Shown one piece after another: positions 1 to 9,902 of a DNA stretch of 64,000 nt. This DNA comes from an uncultured Porphyromonadaceae bacterium. Its GTDB lineage: Bacteria; Bacteroidota; Bacteroidia; Bacteroidales; Muribaculaceae. The notes under the pieces are model-generated. The model saw only the letters and a program-made list of their open reading frames with translations. It ran no database searches and was not told where the DNA came from. Within the stretch, counting starts at the first letter, position 1, and every line of letters begins with the position of its first letter. The stretch is from NCBI GenBank assembly GCA_947177035.1, contig CAMWSS010000009.1:1566-65565 (forward strand), read 5' to 3'. The position numbers and the translations under genes were made by a program.

Positions 1-1194
<1,194 letters not shown>

Positions 1195-1262
1195 TCCCCC
1201 TCTCTCGCTCACATAATCAGCAATCATCAGGACCTGACGGAATCATCGAGTTCCGCCAGGTC

Positions 1263-1655
1263 TTATTTCTGGAGCGAGATCACATACTGGCCGTCAGGCT
1301 CGCCGACCATGCCGACAGCCTGAACCGGAGCGATGTCCATGTAGCTGACCGTCTGATTTCCAGCAACAGAGATCAGCTCACATCCAAGCGCGTCTTCAAT
1401 TTTAGAGATGGTCTTCAGACCAAGGTTCTCCCGGCCGCCCAGAATCTTGGTGATCTGGGCCGGAGTCACTCCCATCAGATCCGCAAGCTGTTTTTGGGTC
1501 ATGTTGCGTCTGCGCAGCTGGCGACGGATTTCCAGGGCCAGATGCATTGACCGGCGCATCCAAGAGGCGTTTTCGTCAATGTTTCTGATTTCGGCCGCCT
1601 CGGCGTCTGACATCGGGATCGCGATTCGTTGTATAGGGGAGATTTTGTCTGTCAT
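1263..1655 (-). CDS. XRE-family helix-turn-helix transcriptional regulator (antitoxin-like position)
   Basis: Central HTH MTQKQLADLMGVTPAQITKILGGRENLGLKTISKIEDALG. It lies 36 nt downstream of the 187-aa orphan gene on the same strand. Confidence 0.8.
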   Translation of the reverse strand: MTDKISPIQRIAIPMSDAEAAEIRNIDENASWMRRSMHLALEIRRQLRRRNMTQKQLADLMGVTPAQITKILGGRENLGLKTISKIEDALGCELISVAGNQTVSYMDIAPVQAVGMVGEPDGQYVISLQK

Positions 1656-1691
1656 ATCAATTTGAGTAGTGTTTAGATTATAGGATGAAAA

Positions 1692-2255
1692 TCATATATC
1701 ATCCTGTAGATAAATGTCATTGTCTATAAGAAAACGCTTTGTCGAATCGATTTTCTTAAACACATGAGTAGAAAGATCCGGATCATTCTGGATAGAGTCC
1801 GCCAGTTTGATACCTCCGTCAACTATAACATAGCCACCGTCTTTCAGAGCGATTGCATATAGTCTGAGAAAAGACGGATAGCAGGGGCCATAGGCCTTTG
1901 ACGGAACAAGTTCCCATACATTTTTGTACGGACCATCAAGCGGTTGAAACAATTCTGTAAAACTAAAAGGATATTCGGTCCTTTTCCCAGAAATTATGTC
2001 ATTGATCATACCAACCATTTCAAATGCCTCGTCAACAATGCGGTGGGCGCAAGCGAAAATGCTATCTTCCGACGATGAAAAACCATGTCGTCGCCAAAAC
2101 GGATGATCCAGCATAGTTGCATAGTTGGTCAAATAATCGATAACATAATCAAGGTCTGTTACCGAACTCAGGAATTGGCTATATTCATTTTTTTCTTTGC
2201 CGTCAAAACGAACGGCATATAGCCCTGATTTTAATGATATTGTTATAATATCCAT
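1692..2255 (-). CDS. Hypothetical protein (187 aa), AT-rich orphan; the C-terminal segment is faintly RelE/ParE/Gp49-like
   Basis: I place the start at ATG 2255 because a -7 box (2277..2284) overlaps the TTG at 2279. Spot GC counts are about 37-40%, against about 60% in the flanks. The C-terminus FLRLYAIALKDGGYVIVDGGIK recalls the beta-hairpin of RelE/Gp49 toxins. Confidence 0.55.
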   Translation of the reverse strand: MDIITISLKSGLYAVRFDGKEKNEYSQFLSSVTDLDYVIDYLTNYATMLDHPFWRRHGFSSSEDSIFACAHRIVDEAFEMVGMINDIISGKRTEYPFSFTELFQPLDGPYKNVWELVPSKAYGPCYPSFLRLYAIALKDGGYVIVDGGIKLADSIQNDPDLSTHVFKKIDSTKRFLIDNDIYLQDDI

Positions 2256-2276
2256 GTGATAAACATTTTTACGGCG

Positions 2277-2284
2277 CAAAGATA
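2277..2284 (-). promoter_or_regulatory. Bacteroidota-type -7 promoter box (TATCTTTG on the minus strand)
   Basis: Exact TAnnTTTG match 21 nt upstream of ATG 2255. Confidence 0.5.
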
Positions 2285-2342
2285 CTGCAAAATTTACCCA
2301 CAGGCAAATTTTACGGCATCATTTTTTACTTTTAGGTAAAAA

Positions 2343-3302
2343 CTATTTTCGGTGGTGGTGGCGGTAGAGCTGCCAGGAGTTGATTACGTTGTGCCAGATG
2401 CTGTAGAATCCGCCGACAATTGCCGTGATGGGGCTGAAAAACGTGTAGCCGATCCAGATGGCGAGCACGGTGTTTTTCTGGCCGAGCGACTGACCGGCGG
2501 TGACAGCGTCGCCATAGCGGCGGCCGATCATGCGCCCGAGGGCAAACTGAATCACGCAGCAGATGAGCGACACGGCCACGAGCCAGAGCTGGGTGGAGAG
2601 GTGGACGGTGGTGTGGACGATGCTGCGGGCCGTGACGGCCAGGGCAAGCGCCAGAGCCACGGTCCAGAGCCAGAATGAGACGCCGGAGACCCTGGTCAGA
2701 GCGGCGTGGAGCGACGGCAGGAAGCGGCGCACCAGAGCCGCCGCAGCCAGCGGCATGAGCAGCAGCGGGAAGACTTTGCCGAGAATCAGCAGCGCTGAAG
2801 TGACGACGTCGGCACCGGGAGCGGGATGGACAAGCGGCACCAGCGCAGGAATGAGCAGGGCCGCCGCCAGGTTGATCAGAATCGTGTAGGCGGTGATGCC
2901 TTCGACGTTGCCTCCGAGGCGGCCGGTTATGACGGCGCCGGCGGTGGCCGTCGGGCAGATCAGGCAGATCATCGCCCCTTCAAGCACGACGCGCAGGCCG
3001 CTGTGGGGCATGGAGATGAGCAGGGCGCCGATCGCGGCAAACGACCCGGCCTGGAAGAGAAGCAGGGAGAGATGCCAGGGGCGCAGGCGCAGGTCGCGCA
3101 CGTTGACCTTGCAGTAGGTCAGAAACAGCATAGAGAAGATTAGCAGCGGCTGCACCAGAGCCACCGCCCGGCCGGCCAGGCCGTGGATGGATGCGGGGAC
3201 CGGCAGCGCGGAATAGAGAAAATAGCCCGTCACGCCGGCGAGCATAGACACTATCAGCGCCCAGTCTTTAAGAAACCTGAGAAGCGACTTGTTGTAATCC
3301 AT
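2343..3302 (-). CDS. Polytopic membrane transporter, bile acid:Na+ symporter (BASS/SBF)-like
   Basis: 319 aa with about 10 hydrophobic helices and a GQKNTVLAIW-type motif. It is the last gene of the DUF4301-FNT operon. Confidence 0.5.
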   Translation of the reverse strand: MDYNKSLLRFLKDWALIVSMLAGVTGYFLYSALPVPASIHGLAGRAVALVQPLLIFSMLFLTYCKVNVRDLRLRPWHLSLLLFQAGSFAAIGALLISMPHSGLRVVLEGAMICLICPTATAGAVITGRLGGNVEGITAYTILINLAAALLIPALVPLVHPAPGADVVTSALLILGKVFPLLLMPLAAAALVRRFLPSLHAALTRVSGVSFWLWTVALALALAVTARSIVHTTVHLSTQLWLVAVSLICCVIQFALGRMIGRRYGDAVTAGQSLGQKNTVLAIWIGYTFFSPITAIVGGFYSIWHNVINSWQLYRHHHRK

Positions 3303-3332
3303 AGCCGCAAAGGTACGAAATAAAATCGGAGT

Positions 3333-4121
3333 TCAGCGATGGTGGAGGTAGGTATGGACGGCGCCGACCAGAAGGGCGCCACCGACGATGTTGCCGAGGG
3401 TGGCGGGGATGAGGTTGGCGGTCAGCATCTGTGAGATCGTCACGTCGGCACCCTCCAGCATGCCGGCGGGGATGAAGAACATGTTGGCGATGCAGTGTTC
3501 ATAGCCCAGAACGACGAAGGCCATTACCGGAAACCAGCAGCCGAGCACCTTGCCGGCCATGGAGCGGCTCGACATGGCAAGCCACACTGCGGCGCAGACA
3601 AACCAGTTGGCGCCGATGCCTTTGAGAAACACCGTGAGCCACGGCATCGACACCTTGGCTTCGGCAATGGATATGACGGCCGAATGCCACGGATCGGCGG
3701 CCGTGAGCCCGGGCATCCACACCATGAAGCATGTGAAGGCCAGGGCGCCGATGAAGTTACCGGCCCAGACCAGAATCCAGTTGCTCCAGACCCACCCCCA
3801 GGCATATTGGCGGCGAAGCGCGCCGGGCACGAGCATGGCGTTGTTGCCGGTGAACAGTTCGGCGCCGAGCACCACCACGAGGATCAGCCCGACGGGGAAT
3901 GTGGCGCCGCTGACAAGGCGCTGAAGCGCGGGATTGCCCGCCGATGCCTCGGGGAGTCCGAAGCCGGCGGTTACGGAAAGGATGCCGCCCATGGCGATGT
4001 AGGCGCCGGCAAGCATGGTCATCAGCAACATTCGCAGCGGGCGGCGCTGAAGCGCCACCTTGGCCCTGCCGGCAGCGACTGCTGCCTGCAGGGTTTCGGG
4101 GGGAGTCAATACGTCTTTCAT
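3333..4121 (-). CDS. Formate/nitrite transporter (FNT) family channel
   Basis: FNT signatures GAELFTGN, GANWFVCAAVW and YEHCIANMFF. Its ATG overlaps the upstream stop (ATGA). Confidence 0.9.
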   Translation of the reverse strand: MKDVLTPPETLQAAVAAGRAKVALQRRPLRMLLMTMLAGAYIAMGGILSVTAGFGLPEASAGNPALQRLVSGATFPVGLILVVVLGAELFTGNNAMLVPGALRRQYAWGWVWSNWILVWAGNFIGALAFTCFMVWMPGLTAADPWHSAVISIAEAKVSMPWLTVFLKGIGANWFVCAAVWLAMSSRSMAGKVLGCWFPVMAFVVLGYEHCIANMFFIPAGMLEGADVTISQMLTANLIPATLGNIVGGALLVGAVHTYLHHR

Positions 4122-5647
4122 TCAGGTTGATGGGTCGGGCGAAGCAGATCGTTGACCGTCTTGACCGGGTTGAATGTCGAGGCGGGAACTTCGACAAACA
4201 CGGTGCTCCAGTCGCTCATGGCTCCGTTCCAGAGTCCGGGAAGCTCAAGGGCCTGCAGTTCGCGGCCCTGGGCCGATTTCTGAGAGATGAATCCGGTTGC
4301 GGCGTCAACGTAGGCCGGCAGGTCGTAAGGCTTGCCGGAGGGGTTTTGTATGTAGCAGACCAGGTCGACAGGGTTGAAGTGTGTGGCCTGGGCAAGCATC
4401 TGTTTGTATTCAGGCACGGAAGTGTCGATCTGATGGCTTTCGAGAATCTGTGGCGAGGATGAACCGTCGGGGTTGTCGGCCAGGAAGGGGCCACCGCCGG
4501 GTTCGCCTTCGTTGACCACCATGCCGCACACGCGCAGCGGGCGGTCGAGCTTGGCGCGGATAAATTGCTGAAGATCGGCGTCGTTCATCACCTTCATGCG
4601 CGGGTCGCGCACCTGGAGAGTGTCGTGGAGGAAGGCGATCATCTCGCGCACCTGGGCGTCGGTGGCGTTGCCGCCGTCGAGCACCGTCAGATATTCGGCG
4701 ATCTTGTCGTGCACCTGGATCATGTAGCCGGCCAGAATCTGCTTCCATTCCACAGTGGGCTGGCGCAGATGGTCGGGCACCACGTTGTCGATGTTTTTGA
4801 TGAACACCACGGCCGAGTCTATGTCGTTGAGATTCTGGATCAGAGCGCCGTGGCCGCCGGGGCGGAACAGCAGCGATCCGTCGGCCTGGCGGAAGGGAGC
4901 GCCGTCGGGGTCGGCGGCGATGGTGTCGGTGCTGCCTTTCTGTTCGGAGAGGCTCACGTCGATGGTGATGCCGTATTTGCGCTCGGCGGCGGGAATCACT
5001 TCGGCAAGTTTGCGGTCAAAGAGCTGGCGGTGGGCCGGGCTGACGGTGAAGTGCAGCATCAGGGTGCCACCGGGAGCCACGGCTGTGGCGGCGCCTTCGC
5101 TGATCTGCTCCTCGACGGGAGTGTGGGCCGCGGAGCCATAGCTGTGGAAGGCAAGCAGTCCCTTGGGGAGCTGGCCGTAATTGAGGCCCGAACCGCCGAT
5201 GATGCCGGAGATCACTTCCTTGTATCGTCCTTCGGCGCAAAGGGCGTCGACGTTCTTGCCATAGGCTTCGACACACAGACGGTCAAGCGCCGGATAGAAA
5301 GCGAAATCATGAATACGCGCGATCACTTCGGCCACGTCGCTTCCGGGCACCGGAGCGCCATCAGGGCCGTCGACATAGGCAAACAGCGACTTGAACATGC
5401 GCGAGGCAGCGCCGCTGGCCGGCACGAACTTGCAGGCGCGGCCGCCGTCGGCCAGATATTGCTGCCAGCGGGCCTTGGCCGACTCCTGGCGCGACGAGTC
5501 GAGCTGCACGATTCCGTGGCCTGGAGTGGCCGAACCGTGGAGCGTCAGATATGGAAAACCAGTTTTGAACCGCGACAGTTGCAGTTCGGCCTGCTCGGGA
5601 GTTATACCCTTGGCAGACAAAAATTTGAGATCACTTTCGTTAAACAT
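4118..5647 (-). CDS. DUF4301-family protein (predicted nucleotidyltransferase/UDPGP-like fold)
   Basis: 509 aa. The N-terminus MFNESDLKFLSAKGITPEQAELQLSRFKTGFPYL matches my recollection of DUF4301 N-termini. No search was run. Confidence 0.55.
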   Translation of the reverse strand: MFNESDLKFLSAKGITPEQAELQLSRFKTGFPYLTLHGSATPGHGIVQLDSSRQESAKARWQQYLADGGRACKFVPASGAASRMFKSLFAYVDGPDGAPVPGSDVAEVIARIHDFAFYPALDRLCVEAYGKNVDALCAEGRYKEVISGIIGGSGLNYGQLPKGLLAFHSYGSAAHTPVEEQISEGAATAVAPGGTLMLHFTVSPAHRQLFDRKLAEVIPAAERKYGITIDVSLSEQKGSTDTIAADPDGAPFRQADGSLLFRPGGHGALIQNLNDIDSAVVFIKNIDNVVPDHLRQPTVEWKQILAGYMIQVHDKIAEYLTVLDGGNATDAQVREMIAFLHDTLQVRDPRMKVMNDADLQQFIRAKLDRPLRVCGMVVNEGEPGGGPFLADNPDGSSSPQILESHQIDTSVPEYKQMLAQATHFNPVDLVCYIQNPSGKPYDLPAYVDAATGFISQKSAQGRELQALELPGLWNGAMSDWSTVFVEVPASTFNPVKTVNDLLRPTHQPE

Positions 5648-5676
5648 GGCTTATGAGGGATTAGGTTATAGTAATG

Positions 5677-5684
5677 CAAATATA
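5677..5684 (-). promoter_or_regulatory. -7 promoter box (TATATTTG on the minus strand) for the DUF4301 operon
   Basis: Exact TAnnTTTG match 29 nt upstream of ATG 5647. Confidence 0.5.
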
Positions 5685-5760
5685 GAACAATTTCGGCAAA
5701 ATTTCGGCAGAATCACAGATTTATTTAACAGATCAGCAAAGAAAGCAGCATAAATTTTAG

Positions 5761-5768
5761 TAACTTTG
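5761..5768 (+). promoter_or_regulatory. -7 promoter box (TAACTTTG) for the Alg14/Alg13-like pair
   Basis: Exact match. It sits only 5 nt before GTG 5774, which favours ATG 5807 as the real start. Confidence 0.5.
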
Positions 5769-5806
5769 CCGACGTGAAACGACAGAACGACAGCCGACGC
5801 CCGATC

Positions 5807-6265
5807 ATGGCAGTGGCCTCTCTCGGAGGCCACTGGATGCAGTTGTTGCGGCTGTGTGGCGAGCTGGAGGAGATTTCGCCGGTGTGTTATGTGTCAACCA
5901 ACGTCGGCGCCGCGGCCATGCTTCAGCCTGGCGCCACGCTCGACGTGGTGGCCGACTTCAGCCGCAACGAACTCTGGCGGCTGCCGGCCGTGGTGTGGCG
6001 GATGTGGCGCATCATACGCCGCCGCAGGCCGTCGGCCATAGTCACCACAGGCGCCGCGCCTGGACTCATCGCCGTGGCCGTCGGGCGCATGTGCGGATGC
6101 CGCACGCTGTGGATCGACAGCATCGCCAACGCGGCAACCCTGAGCGGCTCGGGAAAGGTGGCGAAATATCTGGCCCACAAAACGTTCACCCAATGGCCCG
6201 CACTGGCCGGAGATGGTGTGGAATATCACGGCAACACTTTCGGGATGGAGGCCGGACGCAGATGA
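5807..6265 (+). CDS. Alg14-like/PssD-like glycosyltransferase membrane-anchor subunit
   Basis: MAVASLGGHWMQLLRL...IVTTGAAPGLIAVAVGR...WIDSIAN is typical of Alg14/PssD/Cps14F. The stop overlaps the next ATG (ATGA). Confidence 0.75.
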   Translation: MAVASLGGHWMQLLRLCGELEEISPVCYVSTNVGAAAMLQPGATLDVVADFSRNELWRLPAVVWRMWRIIRRRRPSAIVTTGAAPGLIAVAVGRMCGCRTLWIDSIANAATLSGSGKVAKYLAHKTFTQWPALAGDGVEYHGNTFGMEAGRR

Positions 6266-6729
6266 TTCTGGTGACTGTAGGCACCCAGCTGCCATTTGAC
6301 AGGCTGATGCGCATGTTTGACGAGATCGCGCCGGAACTCGGCGGCGAGGAGATCGTGGCGCAGTCATGCCAGGGTTCATACACTCCACGCCACTTCGCGA
6401 CCGAACGCTTCATCGAGCCGGAACGCTTCGAGCAGCTGATGAACCAGGCCAGGGTCGTGGTGGCCCACGCCGGCATCGGCACCATCCTCTCGGCCATGAA
6501 ACGCGGCAAGCCGCTGGTTGTGGTGGCCCGGCGCGGAGACCTCGGCGAGCACCGCAACGACCATCAGGTCGCCACGGCGCGCTATCTGGCCGACAGCGCC
6601 TCGGTGGCTGTGGCCGACGACGCGGAGTCGCTGCGGAAGCTGATTGCCGAAGCTCCGGTGCCCAATCCCCTGCCCGACCGCCCCGCCCGGTCGCTCGTCA
6701 GAGCCGCCGCCCAAGCCCTCGGACTGTGA
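6262..6729 (+). CDS. Alg13-like/PssE-like glycosyltransferase catalytic subunit (Glyco_tran_28_C type)
   Basis: MILVTVGTQLPFDRL...VAHAGIGTILSAMKRGKPLVVVARRGDLGEHRNDHQ. This is the in-frame C-terminal part of track ORF 5854..6729. Confidence 0.85.
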   Translation: MILVTVGTQLPFDRLMRMFDEIAPELGGEEIVAQSCQGSYTPRHFATERFIEPERFEQLMNQARVVVAHAGIGTILSAMKRGKPLVVVARRGDLGEHRNDHQVATARYLADSASVAVADDAESLRKLIAEAPVPNPLPDRPARSLVRAAAQALGL

Positions 6730-6741
6730 GAAAAACCAACA

Positions 6742-6769
6742 GCGGGCCGGATCTTGCGATCTGGCCCGC
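6742..6769. terminator. Hairpin between convergent genes (12-bp stem, 4-nt loop)
   Basis: GCGGGCCGGATC-TTGC-GATCTGGCCCGC, with one G:U pair. A T-run (GTTGGTTTTTTC) follows on the minus strand only. Confidence 0.5.
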
Positions 6770-6798
6770 CGACAGACAAAGGTCGTTTACAGCGTAAG

Positions 6799-7314
6799 TT
6801 ACGGTTTTGTGTAGGTGTTGCCGCTGTCCTTTCCGGTGAAGATCTGCTCGCCGCAGATACCGGTTTCGACGTCGGCCTCCTCCTCTGTTCCGTCGGAATA
6901 ACGGATAGTGCCCTTTTTCTTATTATCGGACGAGAAGAAGACCTTGAAGATGACGTAAAGCAGCAGACCGGCAAGCAGGATGAGCGTGGCCCACATGGCA
7001 AGGAAGAATGCAATGTTGGTCATCACGATCAGATAGACGCAGTAGCCGATGCGTCCGCCCCATCCGCCAAAAGCCTTGATGGTGTCCAGACTCACATAGA
7101 TCACCCAGCCGAAAATGGCGGCAAGGCCGACTCCGGCAATGACGTTGAGCGCCGTTTCGTTAACATTGCACATCTGGCAGACAAACACCAGAAGACTGAG
7201 TGCCACTGAAGCGATAAACGCCGTGCAGATAGAGCCGCCTGTGTGTGATTCGTGTGTGGGGTTGACACGCCGGAATATGGCGTTGTCCATTTTGTCAAGA
7301 AAATTAAGCTGCAT
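6799..7314 (-). CDS. Hypothetical integral membrane protein (about 4 TM helices, acidic C-terminal tail)
   Basis: 171 aa. It is the last gene of a tightly spaced four-gene minus-strand operon. I recognise no family. Confidence 0.6.
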   Translation of the reverse strand: MQLNFLDKMDNAIFRRVNPTHESHTGGSICTAFIASVALSLLVFVCQMCNVNETALNVIAGVGLAAIFGWVIYVSLDTIKAFGGWGGRIGYCVYLIVMTNIAFFLAMWATLILLAGLLLYVIFKVFFSSDNKKKGTIRYSDGTEEEADVETGICGEQIFTGKDSGNTYTKP

Positions 7315-7335
7315 GATATTTTGTGTTTTTAATGA

Positions 7336-8964
7336 TTACTGGCGGGCGTTGTAGATCTCCTTCACCTCGTCGGGAGTGAGGATGCGGGTGTCGTACATAC
7401 GGAAATTGTCGATGGTCATAGACGGGACTTCAAGCCGGCTGGCAACCTCGCACTCACCGCCGATCACAAACGCCTTGGTCATGTCGCTTTCCCCCAGATT
7501 GGTGGTCAGATCCTCGTTGATCACGCCCACCTTGCGGCCGTCGACATAGAGAGTCTTGGTCCAGTCAGTGTAGCGGCTCTCATAGTCGGCCGTGATGACA
7601 ATGTGATGCCAGTTGTTGTCGGCGATGTTGGGGTGGCTGAAATAATGGCTCGGTTTATTGTATTGATAGCGGTTTTCATAATCGCTGGCAATGAATCCGA
7701 GCTTTCCGCCGTTCATGCTGAGAGTGAAGCGGTTGCGATTGTCGGACGACGGCGAGTAGAAAATCAGGCCGTCACTCAGATCCTTGACCCAGAAGCTGAC
7801 GGAGAAGAGCTTGCTGTGGATCAGATTGTAAGGGATCTGCACTCCGCTTTTATAGGTTTTGGAGAATTTGATGCCCTGGCCGTCCACACCGTCAACATAC
7901 TGCGGCGCGTTCTCCTCGTAACCGTGATAGTCATTGGCCGAGTCGTCGCAGTTGCCGTCAAACCTATAGTAGGCACACAGGCCCATCTTCACGACCACGT
8001 CGCCGGGATTCACTCCAGGCTCGTCGCCGCCACCGATGTTGCCTCCGTTGTTGACGTTGGCGGTCACGAGCACACTCTGGTCCCTGATTCCGTCAGAGAT
8101 CACAAAAGTGCCCATATATTCTCCCTGGATGCTTGCACGGTCAAGAGTCACGACAACGGTCGTGGCCCCGCCGGCAGGCACAGCGCCCTGCGACGGCGAA
8201 AGAGTCAGCTGATCGGGCACCTCGCGCGACGACCACGACAACATTGCCGCGCCGGTGTTGCGTATGGTCAGCGACAGATTTCCGGCCACAGTGCCGAAGT
8301 CGAGACGGGAAGGCTCGACCACCATTTCAGAGGTGGCACCAGCGGGCGACACGCTCACGCTCACAGGAAAATCATCGCCAAAGGCATGGATGTTGACAAT
8401 TGCGGTGCGCGGCTCGGCCACATAGCTGCGGTCGACGGAGAAAGTGATGCTCTGAGTGCGGCCGGCGTCGATGCTGCCGCTGATCTGCGAGGCGCTGAGC
8501 CAGGGGTTATAACCCAGGTCGAGACTCCAGTCGGCGGCCACATTGCCGTTGTTGCGCACGGTGACGCTCATCGACGTCTGCATCGTGCCGAAATTAAGCG
8601 ACGAAGGCGACACCGTGATGGCGGCGTCTGCAGCCTCGCGCTCAATGGTCATGTATATCTCGGTTGTCAGACCGGCCTCGATGTCGACATAGCGCGTGTC
8701 GGTGACATAACCGCTCTTGGAAACCTGCACCTGATATGAATCAGGAATCAGATCATTGAACCGGAAGGCGCCGTCGATGCCGGTGACATAGCTGCGTCCA
8801 AGCGCAGGGATCGACACAGTCACGTTGCTGACGGGGTCGTTGCCTTCATAAACCACTCCGGTCAGAGAGCCGCGTGTGTCTTTCGGCTCCTCGGTGCAGG
8901 CCGTCACGGCCAGCATGGCCACAAGCCCCATTAAAAATGATAACAGAGTTTTGATAATCTTCAT
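7336..8964 (-). CDS. Lipoprotein: CarboxypepD_reg-like domain, two BACON-like Ig domains, and a C-terminal LamG (Laminin_G_3) domain
   Basis: Lipobox LAVTAC. GSLTGVVYEGNDPVSNVTVSIPALGRSYVTGIDGAFRFNDL marks the CarbPepD_reg domain. Two repeats have W...WLSAS/LTLSPSQG patterns. The LamG part shows FSVSFWVK...NWHHIVITAD...LYVDGRKVG. Confidence 0.75.
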   Translation of the reverse strand: MKIIKTLLSFLMGLVAMLAVTACTEEPKDTRGSLTGVVYEGNDPVSNVTVSIPALGRSYVTGIDGAFRFNDLIPDSYQVQVSKSGYVTDTRYVDIEAGLTTEIYMTIEREAADAAITVSPSSLNFGTMQTSMSVTVRNNGNVAADWSLDLGYNPWLSASQISGSIDAGRTQSITFSVDRSYVAEPRTAIVNIHAFGDDFPVSVSVSPAGATSEMVVEPSRLDFGTVAGNLSLTIRNTGAAMLSWSSREVPDQLTLSPSQGAVPAGGATTVVVTLDRASIQGEYMGTFVISDGIRDQSVLVTANVNNGGNIGGGDEPGVNPGDVVVKMGLCAYYRFDGNCDDSANDYHGYEENAPQYVDGVDGQGIKFSKTYKSGVQIPYNLIHSKLFSVSFWVKDLSDGLIFYSPSSDNRNRFTLSMNGGKLGFIASDYENRYQYNKPSHYFSHPNIADNNWHHIVITADYESRYTDWTKTLYVDGRKVGVINEDLTTNLGESDMTKAFVIGGECEVASRLEVPSMTIDNFRMYDTRILTPDEVKEIYNARQ

Positions 8965-8996
8965 AAATAACTGGTTAGATGTTTTAAAGCTTGTTT

Positions 8997-9890
8997 TCAG
9001 AAACCGATCGAAAGAGCCAGTCCGGCACCAGGCATGCCGCAGGGATCAGCCATCGGCACCGGAGCGAGCGAAAACGACGCGCTCTTGCCGCGGCTCACCT
9101 TCACCTGCCGGCGTCCGGGCGCCACAGCGGCATCAATGAGGTTATAGACATAGAGCGCAGCGCCGACGCCGATGCAGACGTTGCGCACGTTGCGCCAGTC
9201 GGTGGAGCGCTTGTTATAGAAGTCGAAATCACGCGGATACTCGACGCACTTGTTGGCATAGGAACTGCGCAGCGCCTCGGCTGCGATGATTCCCGCGCCA
9301 CAGACCACCGCGCCGCCCATGATCAGACCGCCCTTCACGTTGGAGCCTTTGTAGAACTGTCCGGCACCGGGAATCAGCGACATGAACACCGGGCCTGCGC
9401 CATAGCGCGAAGTCAGGGTGATGCGGTCGGAATAACTGCCGGCGGACGCATTCTGGTCATTGACCGTATAGAGCTGAGTGACAGTATATACACCGTTTGC
9501 ATGCTCCCAATATTCGTCGGCCACGCGAGTGGTCAGAGTGATCTGCTTGCCGCGCTCCTTACACTGCATTGAATACGACTGCGACGCCGTCGAAGTGCGT
9601 GAGCCGCCCGAAGTGCGCGATGCAGTCTTGTCGACGCTCACAGTGCTGGTGATCTCCAGACCGCGCTCATGTTCGAGCCTGGCAGTGAGATTCACAAGCG
9701 CCCGCTGGCGGGCTTCGTCGAGAGTGGCTCCGCGACCCTGAGCCGAAACAAACACATAGCCGGGCGATTTGGCCGACGGAACAGCCGAAACCATCCATCG
9801 GGGCTTCAGCCTGTCGGATTTCTCAGCCGCCAGACACGAAACCGATGCCACGATCAGAAAAACACAGATAGATAACAGTTTACGCAACAT
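8997..9890 (-). CDS. Hypothetical envelope protein: signal peptide, LPP20-like N-terminal domain, DUF5683-like hydrophobic region (PGAGQFYKG)
   Basis: 297 aa. SLIPGAGQFYKGSNVKGGLIMGG resembles DUF5683/TM2-type segments. The protein ends in ...LALSIGF. Confidence 0.5.
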   Translation of the reverse strand: MLRKLLSICVFLIVASVSCLAAEKSDRLKPRWMVSAVPSAKSPGYVFVSAQGRGATLDEARQRALVNLTARLEHERGLEITSTVSVDKTASRTSGGSRTSTASQSYSMQCKERGKQITLTTRVADEYWEHANGVYTVTQLYTVNDQNASAGSYSDRITLTSRYGAGPVFMSLIPGAGQFYKGSNVKGGLIMGGAVVCGAGIIAAEALRSSYANKCVEYPRDFDFYNKRSTDWRNVRNVCIGVGAALYVYNLIDAAVAPGRRQVKVSRGKSASFSLAPVPMADPCGMPGAGLALSIGF

Positions 9891-9902
9891 TGCCTCCGGT
9901 CA

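Noticed and set aside
5854-6729. A 291-aa ORF spanning both glycosyltransferase subunit genes.
   Set aside because: Only the part from ATG 6262 looks like a protein (Alg13/PssE-like). The upstream portion overlaps the Alg14-like gene out of frame and translates to Arg/Gly/His-rich sequence.
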